64,000 nt of DNA from Zootoca vivipara. Lineage: Eukaryota. The translations under genes and the position numbers were made by a program. Location of the stretch: contig NC_083281.1 in NCBI RefSeq assembly GCF_963506605.1, positions 57,164,001 to 57,228,000 of the forward strand, written 5' to 3'. Under the pieces are notes generated by a model that was given only the letters and a program-made list of their open reading frames with translations, searched no databases and was not told the origin of the DNA. How positions within the stretch are numbered: position 1 is the stretch's first letter; each line of letters begins with the position of its first letter. Positions 37,558 to 48,960 of the stretch are shown piece by piece.

Positions 37558-39181
37558 ACCTTGTGCAAAAAAAATGTGGCTAGAATCCTCAGGAATTCAC
37601 CACAGGCCGTCTCAGATCCACAGCATCAAAGGGTGGCAATAAAGTTATTATTGAAATAGCCTGCTAAAAGCTCCTTTTGTCATGGAATTGGATTCTTTCT
37701 TTCTCTTTTCATTTTTAGCCTTGTTAGATTAATGGGAGGCAACGCCTGAATCTGCATCTCTTTTGCTGATATTGTGTGGAAGCCAACCCTGGCAATAGAG
37801 AACTCAAGGGGACCCCGGACATTGTTGCTTTGCTGGTCCTTTCCTGAACGTATTTCATTTCTGTATTATTGTATGAAAACTAAGTTTTAATACCATACCA
37901 CAGGATACTAAGGACCCTATTCAGAGATTGTTTGTGTCCCGTGGAAGGGGCTTTTAATGTACTTCAAGTCTGATTTGAAAAACCAGCCCTCCATACGACT
38001 CTCTGGCAAACGGGAACTCAGAAAATCGGGCCGTTACTGAGATTGTCTTGGCATTCGTGCCGGCTCCTTTGACGTGCCTGCCGCAAGCCCGATAGGGGCT
38101 TCATTGTGCCACTTCCACAAAGAAAGGGAACGTTGCCTCTTTTCTTCTCTGTCAGTGGCTGACATAAGAAGGTTTTCGGAACAAAGGGCACAGTTGTGCC
38201 AAGGAGCAGTCCAAGAGGATTAGCACTTCCGAACAGCGAAAGGCCTCACTCGCCAACCTGCCTCGTTCCTGCTCTTCACTGCATTTTTGGGTTTGGGCTT
38301 ATGGCAATTTCAAGAGAATGATGCATTCCTTCTCCGCACAAATCTTATTTCTAAACTCTAATTTAATAGCATTAAACCCTAAGCTGCCTTGGTTTTAAGA
38401 GATAAAACTCCAAAGTTGATAACTGCATTTAGGAATAGTTCAGGTATTGAGTTTCTAATTTGCTTCCTGAGCATGGAAATCCCTCAGATAGTCAATATTG
38501 ACGACCTTTAATTGGTAGCCGGAGCCTCCCGCTGAGCAAATGTTTTTCTCTCCAGCAGAAGGAAGAGGTTCCAGGTGGCTGGCAAGGCATCCTTGGCTGC
38601 AGCTACTCAGGACCACACTCCTCCAGGCAGGTCAGGCTTTGAGCAGGGCATCCTCTCTTCAGCTGCTGCTGTTGATCTTTGCTCTTGCTTCCAGGCAGAG
38701 CTGGAGGGGATTGCCCAGAGCAGTGCCACCAGACACCACCTGCCCTGTGAGGAAAAAGAAGAGGGCAGACACAGGCATCAGGCCTGCTCCAGCCACACTG
38801 TCCCGCCGCCAGCCAACTTTAAAAGCTATACCATTTGTATAAACTGCAAACCACCTTGGGTGCCTTTGGCAGAAAGGGGTGCATTTGGCAGAAAGGTGGT
38901 ATATAAATGCAAGGAATAAATAAATGAATGCCTGCTTCTGCACAGCTAAAGCTAAAGCCAACTTCCTTCACTGTCATTCCTTGGGAATCCAACGCTGATT
39001 CCCCATTTGTGAGATGAGGAGGAAAGCCCAGCCTACAACCAGAGGCTGCTTGTGGGTTTGAAGAGAGGCCTGCCTTAGCCCTGCCCTCTGGAATGTGCCA
39101 CCTGGGTAAGTTTATTTTTAATCATCAAAGCAGCCAGCTCCTGATTGGCTCCCTGATTATCCCTGCCTATAAATGCTTCTG

Positions 39182-39519
39182 CAGACCCTCCAAGTGTCTG
39201 TTTTCCAGGGACGTCCCTAATTTAGAGAAGCTTTCCCAGTTTCTTATTTGATCCCAGAATGTCCCACTTTTCCTTAGAATGTCCCTATTTTCATTGGAGA
39301 AATGTTGGAGGCTATGGAGTCCCGAGCCATCTGAAGGCAATCCTGTATAGGGAAGGGTTTTTCAAAAATGTTTAATGTTTCATTGCGTTTTTATAGGGGA
39401 GTTGGAAGCTGCCCAGAGTGACTGGGGCAACCCAGTAAGATGTATGGGGTATAAATAGTAAAATTACCATTATGGAGTGGGACGTCCTTATTTTCACCAG
39501 AGAAATGTTGGAGGGTATG
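39182..39519. mobile_element. Composite non-autonomous DNA element with an internal L2 tail
   Basis: TIRs CAGACCCTCCAA / TTGGAGGGTATG, flanking CTTCTG direct repeat, right-end block duplicated internally. Confidence 0.75.
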
Positions 39520-40602
39520 CTTCTGTTACTATCCTGAGACCCAGCTTTGCGCAGCTTGGCTTGTGAGTGTAGGCTATGGGCACTGCCAACTTTGCTGGGG
39601 TGGGTATTGTTCCTTGAGTTCTTGGATTCATAAAAGGGTGGGTCAATTCTTTTTAAGAGCTGTATTCCACTGAACTGTCTAGTTTTTATTTTATATTTTT
39701 GGTGCGGGGAGAGAACCTTTCTTCATCCATGGCATGTCTGGATTTTTTATAACTATTTGTATGAAACCTGCCTATAGCCCCTACCTACAAGATTTCCACT
39801 GACCATCACAAAGGCAGGATGATTTCCCAGCTAAAGGGATAAAGGTGTGGGGTTTTTTTTTAATCAGAAGCTGTTGGTGGTTTTGTTGTGTGAAGCCCTA
39901 CCTGGATGAAAGATCTTGACGGCAGCCTTGGACAATTGTGAATATTTCTCATGAATTGGCGAGGCTTGCTCAGTTAATATTTTCTTTTGAAAAGGTGTCA
40001 AAGGGTCATTTGGAAGTGCTGGCTACCAAGTGGCACCCCAGGGTTCAACTTGGCTGGCTGGGGTGGTAGTGGGGAGAGAATGAAATCTGTCCCTCTCCTT
40101 TCATAAACTGTGGGGTATCCTTCTCCTTTGCCAGAGTGAGCTCTACAGGGCCTATAGGCTTTGAAGAGCTGCGAAAACTTACCAGTACCTGCCTGTCAGT
40201 ATCCCTTTCTGTTAGTCCAGACATTATAAGGAGCAGCGCCAAGAAGTTAGTGCCTACCTGCGGCCACACCTGGAAGCAAGGCCCTGACCAAGGAGAAGAC
40301 CTGGCATAAGGAGCAGCCAGCCAGCATCAGCCAAGGCCTGGCAATGGATGCCTGTAAAGACAGAGGGACACGTAAGGGCCTTTCCCCTACCTTCAGCCAT
40401 CACCTCTGTGTATATTAAACATTAGTGCCAATGAAACATATGCGTCTATTTCCTTTTTTCTTTTTTCTGCTTCAGATACAAAAATGTCTTCAGGTCAGAG
40501 GACATCCACTTCCCACCAATATACGACTGATGGAAATGGGGACATTATTGGACCACTCCACCTGTTCTCATCCCACTCCTAAGTGACACATTCATGCTAG
40601 AG

Positions 40603-40738
40603 CAGGCACCCCCAAACTCAGCCCTCCAGCTGTTTTGGGACTACAATTCCCATCATCCCTGACCACTGGTCCTGTTAGCTAGGGATGGTGGGAGTTGTAG
40701 TTCCAAAACATATGGAGGGCCAAGTTTGGGGGTGCCTG
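40603..40738. mobile_element. hAT-type MITE, 136 bp
   Basis: TIR CAGGCACCCCCAAACT...AGTTTGGGGGTGCCTG. Exact TSD TGCTAGAG (40595-40602, 40739-40746). Confidence 0.95.
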
Positions 40739-42814
40739 TGCTAGAGCTATAGAGTGGGTCCTATAGCTCAGAATAGATCCACTGATGTTAATGGACATTA
40801 CTCGGGTTTATTAATGTCATTCTTCTTACCCTGGCCCCCACCTGGGAATATCCCTCATTCTCAGGTACTCCTGCTTGTTCCCAGTGGTTGTAAGAGACGA
40901 TGGCGATGCCCTCCATATCCTCTTTCTGAGCCTGATATTATCTCCCCCTCCCTGGCCTCTCCTCTCCAACCCATGATGACTCGAGAAACTTTTGCCTCTT
41001 TCGCTCACATCCCCTTTCCTGCCTGGCCTGGTCTTTGCTACATTATTTTAAACTCATTTCCCTAATCCTGGAAGAATTCTGACTGCTGTTGGACAGAACT
41101 GGAAGGCAACAAGGCAGTGGATGGGGAGGGAAGAGGCAATCGCCTCCTTTCTGTCCCCCTCGAGCCTTTGGCTTGTGTTTTCTGGAATGTCCAGAGGCCA
41201 AAGGGGAGCTGCTGTATGCAGCAGAGAGCAGCCTCCACGTGCTCTCCAATTACTCCCGGCTTGGCAACTGAGGGATGCTGCCCTCTCCGCCGCCCCTGAG
41301 GCTGATGTTGTCTAGGGAGGGAGCTTGCCGGGGCTGGAGAGTTTGAACTGCAATTGTCTTTGTGTGTCACACGCAATCTACAAATGGTCTCGGTGAGATT
41401 CTGCAATGCCAGCCATGGGACCTGAAATGACCTCTAGAAATGACTTGGTGGTTGTGTAGGATAGGCTTGGAAGAGGAGGAGGGGGGAGCCTCTGCCAAAA
41501 TATCCTCCTGGTGCATTTTGCTGCTGGACCTGCAAAACCACCCTCAACCAGGAGGGTTAAGAAGCAATATCCAACTGAAGGGCATCACTAATGAGTTCCA
41601 GAGTGCTGGGTGTGTTGGGGCCAAACCAGAGATGCCCATCTCAGAGGCTGATCTGCATCAGGACCACATAAGAGGGCAAAAGGTTGAAGCCCTCCTGTAC
41701 ACACACACACACCAGAGTCCCAATCCAGATTGGACCCCTTGCCCCTACATCTGCACAACTGCTAATTGCATGAGCAACATCTTGTATAATCTGGTACAAC
41801 AACAAAGCATCCCGTATCACCTTAAAGACTATGACCCATTTCTAATGACAAAAGATTTAATGGGCTGGGCCACAGGGGTGGGCAGAGTGCAGCCATTTCA
41901 CATGACGGTGACAGAGAACAGGGTGCCTTCGGGAGGCCACAGACGGCTGAGGAATCTCGTCCGAGTGACTGGATGATGTCCACCCAGCTGCTGCCAGCTT
42001 CATTTTTTATTAAAAGAGGAACGTTTCCAGTCCCATGTTGCTGCCCCCCTCATGACAGCTTTCCTTCTCCTTAACCCTTTTTGGGGTAGCTGTTTGGCCT
42101 ATCAGCAGTTGCAAGTGATAAATAGATCAATATTGGCTAATGTTATGATTCACTAGCATTTATCAGATACACTCGGAATGATTTATAGAAGACAGCATTT
42201 CAGGCCTGACCCTTGATGGTCTCCAAAAGCACTTAAAAATAAATTTACCCTGGCCTCACTCACCCCATTTCAAAAAGGGTGACAAAGATGAAGTAATTTA
42301 TAAGTCACACTTTTATTAATGCTTTTAACTTTCATATACTTGGCTTTGCAGCCCTTTGAGTGGCAGAAGTGCAGCTCCTGGTTGCAGGGTAACCTCTGCT
42401 ACTTTGAGGGGGCCTTTGTACAAATGATCGGCTCGTAAATAGGTGCTGTGCTCCACATTATCCCCTCGTAAATCCCCAGGCCCTTTCTGCATTGAGAGCG
42501 AGAGAGAAAGAGAGGCTCCCACAATGATGTTTCTGAGCTCCGGAGGGTCTGGGTTGCTGCCCTGTGGAGAAGCAGCTGGCCAGCGGGTGCTCTGGTGACT
42601 GGTGCTGAATGGGCCTAAGAGGGGACCCTGGGTGTTGAGTCAGTGTCAGGTGGTGAGCTGAATGGACAAAGCAGCACCCTTGCAGGTTAGGGAGGCAGAC
42701 TCACTTCACATCAAGCGAGGGGGGAAGAGGAAAAGTGGGCTTTGGAGCAAGCTTGGGTGTGTCATGCTCTCAGCCTGATTACCTTTCAGGGTTGTTGTGA
42801 GGATAATGCAATGT

Positions 42815-42920
42815 GGGATGGTCATCTGTGAGGGATTCTTTAGTTGTGAAGCTTGCATTGCAGGGGGTTAGACTAGATGGCTGTTGGGGGTTCCTCCCCA
42901 CTCCCCATGGTTCTATGAAT
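42815..42920 (+). mobile_element. CR1 LINE 3' end fragment
   Basis: GCATTGCAGGGGGTTAGACTAGATG..TTCTATGA matches the CR1 3' terminus. Confidence 0.7.
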
Positions 42921-43044
42921 TAATCCCCACAAAAGCCCCATGAGTAGGCTAGGCTGAGAGACTGCGCCTTAGCTTCTCAGGCCCCAGTCCAGCATGTTGA
43001 CCACTATGCCACCCAAGCAGGAAGAGGGATAAGGAACTCCTCCC

Positions 43045-43195
43045 CAACTTATGGAATATGCAGAAATATGGTGAAACTTATATATATATATTTAAAGTAG
43101 GTGAATAAATCTGGATATGCAGAAGATATTAAAAATAATTTTAAGGAACCACAGAAAGAGGGGGAAGGAAGTCAAATTTTGAAATGATTGTAAGA
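43045..43195 (+). mobile_element. L1-type 3' fragment
   Basis: CTTATGGAATATGCAGAA encodes LMEYAE, a reptile L1 ORF2 terminal motif, followed by an A-rich 3' UTR. Confidence 0.45.
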
Positions 43196-43197
43196 TT

Positions 43198-43557
43198 AGG
43201 TAAAAGTAAAGGGGCCCCTGACCATCAGGTCCAGTCGTGTCCGACTCTGGGGTTGCGGTGCTCAACTCGCTCTATAGGCCGAGGGAGCCGGCGTTTGTCC
43301 GCAGACAGCTTCCGGGTCATGTGGCCAGCATGACAAAGCCACTTCTGGAAAACCAGAGCAGCACACGGAAAGCTGTTTACCTTCCCACCGGAGCGGTCCC
43401 TATTTATCTACTTGCACTTTGATGTGCTTTCGAACTGCTAGGTGGGCAGGAGCTGGGACTGAGCAACGGGAGCTCCCCCTATTGCAGGGATTCGAACCGC
43501 CGACCTTCTGATCAGCAAGCCCTAGACTCTGTGGTTTAACCCACAGCGCCACCTGGG
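43198..43557 (-). mobile_element. Sauria SINE, near full length
   Basis: Minus strand: A-box TGGCGCTGTGG, B-box GGTTCGAATCC (43488-43498), Bov-B-like 3' part and ACCTTT-type tail. Confidence 0.92.
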
Positions 43558-44506
43558 CTATATATCCCCTCCCCTCCCATTGCTCTTCCACCCTGATTCC
43601 TCCTCCTGTTTTGTGTGGCCAGTATAGCTGCCATTTGTTGCAGAGCAACCCGACATTGGGATGCCTGGCTTAAATGCTCAGCCTTGTATGGAAAGCCGGA
43701 GAAATGTCTGCTCTGAGACCAAACACAAACTCTTAACTCATAACTAACCGTAATGTGGAGTTCCTTTCTGTTTGCCCATTCAAATCAATACCTTGCCGCA
43801 TGTCAGAATGTTAGTTTAGTTTTTTTAAAGCTGCCTGTCCTGGGGTTTCCCAGTCAATGCAGTTCCACTGTTAATAATTTGAATGATGAAGTGGACTTGC
43901 TAAGAACAACAGCTGTAAAGCAAACGGAGCTGTGGGGAGGAAGGTGGGGCAGGGCATAAATCCACATTCGCCAAAGGCTCCAAATGCTCCCAACACCAGA
44001 GTGAGTAGCCAATGCCAGGTGGGAAATGGTGGCTGCTGCCCTGAAGAAATGCCACGGCTTCAGCAGGGGCTTCAGAGATGATTTGGCCTCATGCTGCTCA
44101 GAGCTGTTGGGAGGGTTGCAAAAGCCACCTATCCCCCCCCCCCAGTGTGGCTTTCTACTCACTACTAGCCTCATCTGCCCTCCACAAAGGTCAGCCCCCA
44201 GAGCCTGTCCCCCCACTCAGGGGGTTACAGGAAAATCAGACAACTCATGCAAGTAAGCCCAGCTCTATGTGAGAGATGGGCAGGTGAAAGGCCTTCCTCC
44301 GCTTTATTTCCATCCAGTTCAAAAGCAACACTCTACCTAGTTGGGCTGCAGTGCTTGATTAATTAACTGGTTTGTTCAGACTTACCCAACCTGGTGCCCT
44401 CCAGATGTTTTGGACTACAGATTCTACCAGCCTCAGCATTAGTTCTTTTTAAAGACATGTACATACTATCGTACCAAGAAAAAAAATCAAAGAGGTTTAC
44501 AACCAT

Positions 44507-44871
44507 AGGTAAGGTAAAGGACCCCTGGACAGTTAAGTCCAGTCAAAGGCAACTTTGGGGTGCGGTGCACATCTTGCTTCAGGCCGAGGCAGCCGGTGTT
44601 TGTCCACAGACAGCTTTCTGGGTCATGTGGCCAGCATGACTAGACTAAACCGCTTCTGGCACAATGGGACACTGTGGCGAGTGCCAGAGTGCACAGAAAT
44701 GCCGTTTACCTTCTCACCACACTAACTTGCACTGGTGTGTTTTTGAACTGCTAGGTTGGCACAAGCTGGGACAGAGCAAAGGGAGCTCACCCCACCACGC
44801 AGATTCGAAACGCCAACCTTCTGATTAGCAAGCCCAAGAGGCTCAGTGCTTTAGACCACAGTGCCACCCAT
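44507..44871 (-). mobile_element. Sauria SINE, older diverged copy
   Basis: Colinear with 43198-43557. B-box remnant TTCGAATC. Confidence 0.88.
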
Positions 44872-44875
44872 GGCC

Positions 44876-45280
44876 TTTTACAGCAATAGAAACCATATAA
44901 CAAGATCATTTTTAAAAAGTTTAAATTAACTATTGTGGAAGGATATACTGTATTCTTAATTGCCTGCACAGGCTTGGTGGAATAGAAATCTTTTCAGACG
45001 GTATATAAAAGTTGGCACAGAAGGTGCCCGCTACATCTCTATTGGCAGAGTATTCGACATGACCAGGCTGAGGATACTAATGGCTTGGATTATTCTTGTT
45101 GTCAAACAAGCCTCACCAACTTGGGGAATGACCAACAACACCCCTGCAGATGATCCCAGTGACTGAGCTGGAATATAAGGGTTCAGGCAGCCCCCAAAGT
45201 ACCCTGGAGCTAAGTTGTTCAGTGCTTTGTAAATTAATACAAGAGCCTTGAACCTGGCTTGGTAGTAAGTGGGCAGATTA
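44876..45280 (-). mobile_element. L2-clade LINE 3' fragment
   Basis: Minus-strand peptide ARFKALVLIYKALNNLAPGY..NPYIPAQSLGSS..LLVIP. Confidence 0.85.
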
Positions 45281-46583
45281 TATATATGGATTGGGGAAGA
45301 CAAATGAGTTAGGTGAATCTTTTGGCCAACAAGCAAGCAAGCAGAGGCTCCCATTATATTGACAGCACCATTTTTAATATGCTGCTTTTTAAATATAAAA
45401 GTTGCAAGTGGCAAAAAGTACCACCTCAAAAGAGGTTCCCCCCCCTTTTCTCTCACAATGGAGGGAACCACCTAAAAATAGGGGAAGATTTGCTTTTGGA
45501 TGCTTCCAGATGTTTTAGAGTCTGGATCCTGTCATCCCTGACCTCAGGTCATGCTGACTGCTGGGAGTTGTAGTTCAGCACCCCTTTGTGGGAAGCCTGG
45601 GTTAAGTTATACGCCTAATGTGCATAAAATGTAATGTTTGTATGGGTTTGAATTTACAAAGAGAAGTTTGCATTAAGCATGGGAGGTTTCACTCTGGCAA
45701 ATGTGGCAGAAAAGGTTAGATGTTTCCCTTTCAGGCTTCAGGTTAATTGATGACTCATCCCAGAAAACAGAACTGCAGGAAGGTGAAACCTGTGAACACA
45801 TTGATGAACCAAACTTAGGATACAGTATCTCTCTGGGATCAGAGAAAGCAAAGTTTAGTGGACTATACCTATTAAGGACTAAAAAGAAGATGGGACCACA
45901 TTACTTGCTTGTTTAACAGCAGTGTGTTACTTTGTATCATATAACGTTTATTTGTAGCTATCTTAAGATTGTTTCCAGTAAAGCTTTGAAATTCACTCTT
46001 GTGGTGGAGAGCAAATTCATTTCTACTCTGCACAAAGTCCAGATCACTGCAGCAACTCTAGCAGCCTGCTCTTAGGAGTACCTGGGCAAACCCTCAAATT
46101 TGGTCTTGTCTCTGCCTACTTTCCCCCACTGGCCTGGGAAATTTTGACTGCATGTCACCTCTGCCTCTCCTTCCCAGCTGCAAAATGTGACCAATAGCTT
46201 TTCCCTATGCACATCAACTGCTTGCAAAACACTTTGCATTTTTTAAAAAACAAAAATCAACCCCCAAATTTGTGTGAAGAAAAGGAGGCTGGTTGAGATG
46301 TCTTAGCCACCAATTCCTGACAATTAACAGACAATGGTTTAGAGAAGGGGGGAGGTCCAGCTCTTAGGAGCCTTTTTGTTCCATTTTTTTCTGGGGGGGA
46401 GGGGAGAGTGCTCATTAGGAAGTGGGCTGGGATCACAGGTCCTGGAAGCCAACTGCAATATTGCACAGGGGAGAAACTGCATCATGACAGTATGGAAAGG
46501 AAGAAGGGACTGGTAGGGGCTGTGGTTCCCTCTTCCCTTTGGAGTGGGAGCCCTCAACAGGCTTGCTTTGTTGCTTTTTAAGC

Positions 46584-46586
<3 letters not shown>

Positions 46587-46626
<40 letters not shown>
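46587..46626. repeat. (CA)n microsatellite
   Basis: Directly visible. Confidence 0.95.
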
Positions 46627-46631
<5 letters not shown>

Positions 46632-47725
46632 ATGCTCTTCTTTTCTGCCTCATACTGTGTTGGTTGCTTTGGGAATGACACAAAGGAATAGAATGAACAA
46701 GGAAATGAAAACGTAGCAAACATTTCCCAATTTAGATTCTTGGTGCCATTTCCCAGCTCCTTCCTCAGCTGAATTTGGGGTGTCAGCCAGAAACTGGCTT
46801 GCTGGGCTCCTGTGACACACCATGCTGGGTTAGAGGCCCCTGAGTGGCTTCACCCAGGCAGACTGGTGTCTTTTCCTTCTCTTGGCAGCACAAAGACATT
46901 TGAAAGGAGGCTGATAGTGGGAGTTCAAAGCACATTTGAAGCAGAGTTACAGTTCCCAGCAACCCTTCACAAACTACAGTACCCAGAATTCTTTGGGGGG
47001 GGGAGAGTGCCTCAAGGGAGGACCTGAGGCAGATAGTAGTAGCAAGTCAGGACAGCTCCTCCTCCCTTCAATTTTACCCTCCTTCATCCAGATCCCTGAG
47101 CACTAAGGCTGCAACTGGGCTTTTTACTGCTCAAGGACAGATTGGCTTCTCTTTTGCACCCTATCAACATTCCTGGACTACATGTTCAAGCACTCCCTAC
47201 TCTTGATTTAACACCTATTTAAATTGCTCTGCAGGCGTGAAATGCCTTTGGAGGACTTTCAGTTTGAGAACCATTTCCTGATCATGAGCAGGGGAAATGC
47301 ACAGGGAAGTCCACATTTTACTGGGTTCCTGTTGCACATCAGTTCACTTGGTAATTGAACTTCCTTGTTTTCAGGGACGGCCACAGTTCCACCATCACTC
47401 CATTGTGCATTTTGCAGTTTCAAGGCTGCATAAACATTCCTGCACTTGCATTACCCCATCCCAGAACATTTAGTGCAAAAGAGAATCTGGCAACCGTGCT
47501 GACACTTTGATTCCTAAAGGCTCACAGATCAGGAGAATGTGGAAGAGATAGGAACGGAAAGGTTGCAATATCAGAAGAATGCAGGCATCCCAGGAATATG
47601 CAGCATCGATTCATATTAAGAAGGGCTTGTACTGTAAGCTGATTTTGGGATGGTCATGAAAAGGGCCCGATCTGCCTTCAGAGTGATAGACTTGCAATTC
47701 GCAATCCAAATTTCATTTACGTAGC

Positions 47726-47925
47726 TATTTATTGCATTTATAGCCCACTTTTTATCCAAGGAGTTCAAGGTGGTGCACATGGTTCTCTTTTCATTCAGTT
47801 CCCACAACAAACCTGTCAGTTAGCTTAGGCTGCAAGTGAGTGAGCAGGCCAAGATGACCCAGTAAACCTCATGGCTGAGTGGGGATTTGAACCTGGGTCT
47901 CCCAATAGTCTTACCTCTACACTCT
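47726..47925 (-). mobile_element. MIR/Ther1-derived (CORE-type) SINE, old
   Basis: GGGATTTGAACC B-box (reversed), CCAAGATGACCCAG core, CACAACAAACCTGT and an L2-like tail. Confidence 0.75.
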
Positions 47926-48669
47926 CAATTTGGTGGGACGTGTGGGTTTTGGCTTGACCCTACACCCCAGCCAAACCATCTGGGAATTGCCTGATTTCAG
48001 TTTCTGGGGTTCCTAGATATAGGAGCGCCACACCTGGACCTGGCACCCTTCTGATGCCTGGAGGAGAAATCAGCCTTGCCCTCCTTCCCTTCCCCCAAGT
48101 ATAAAACCAAGAAATGCAACCCTTGGCCTCCGAGAGATATTCTGAGGGATGGAAGCAGCCTCTTCATGGAAGTTTGAGATCTCAGTGACTCCGTGTCCTG
48201 CTAGAAGAGCCTGGCTGCTCTCTCTTTGTTCCTTCCCAGCTTACATTTAAATATATTAGATGCCTTTTGTATTTGGCCTTTTGTGCAATGCAATGCATAA
48301 TTGGATCAATGTCTGCTGAGGGAAACGTTCCTGCAGGCTTTCCCCATGGATTGGATTCCTCTCTCAGCCAAATGGGACCAGACAGGTGCCCTCCTCGCCT
48401 GCGGTGGGGAGAGAGAAAAGGAGCTGGGGAGGCAGCAGTCTCTCCCCATCTGTAGTGCCTCTGGTGCTCCCACTTTTGCAGTGGTGTCTCTAGACTTGAC
48501 TTGCGGTGCTTGGCACTGTGTGGGATGTGTGGTCTCTGAACCTGTCCTTTGGCACCCTTCCCATCACCAAACCATGGGTGTGCTTGGCCCAGTCCTGGCC
48601 AAACAGCAGATACGGCTGCTCACCTTGTTTTTGTTCATTATCAGAGTTCTCTTCAAATGGTTCTGGCCA

Positions 48670-48960
48670 CATAAGTACGTAAGAAGACCCTGCTGGATTC
48701 GGCTCTTGGCCCATCTAGTTCAGGACCCAGTAGCCAACCAGATGCCTCTGGGAAACATGCAAGCAGGATCCAAGCACAAGGGCACTCTCCCCTCCAGGGG
48801 TTTCAAGAAACTGGCATTCAGAAGCATAGTTGCTTCCAACCATTGATGCAGAGCAATAGCCATCATGGCTAGTGATCAATAGCCATGAATTTGTCTAAGC
48901 CTCTTTTAAAGCCTCCTGTGGGAATGAGTTCCATAGTTTTGTGCTATGTGAATAAGTACT
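48670..48960 (-). mobile_element. CR1-type LINE 3' fragment
   Basis: CATAAG..TAAGAAGA..CTGCTGGAT..GGCCCATCTAGT start and ATGAATTTGTCTAA..CTTTTAAAGCC are typical of a reversed reptile CR1 3' end. Confidence 0.7.

Noticed and set aside
40476-40583. Exon after a strong acceptor (TTTTTTCTGCTTCAG|A), short ORF MSSGQRTSTS
   Set aside because: Only a weak donor nearby, early stops, no recognisable product.
41440-41976. 178-aa ATG ORF
   Set aside because: No recognisable motif or convincing splice context, consistent with chance.
43540-43557. CTCF-like CAGGTGGCGCTG on the - strand
   Set aside because: It is the SINE A-box region and lacks the conserved 5' CC of the CTCF core.
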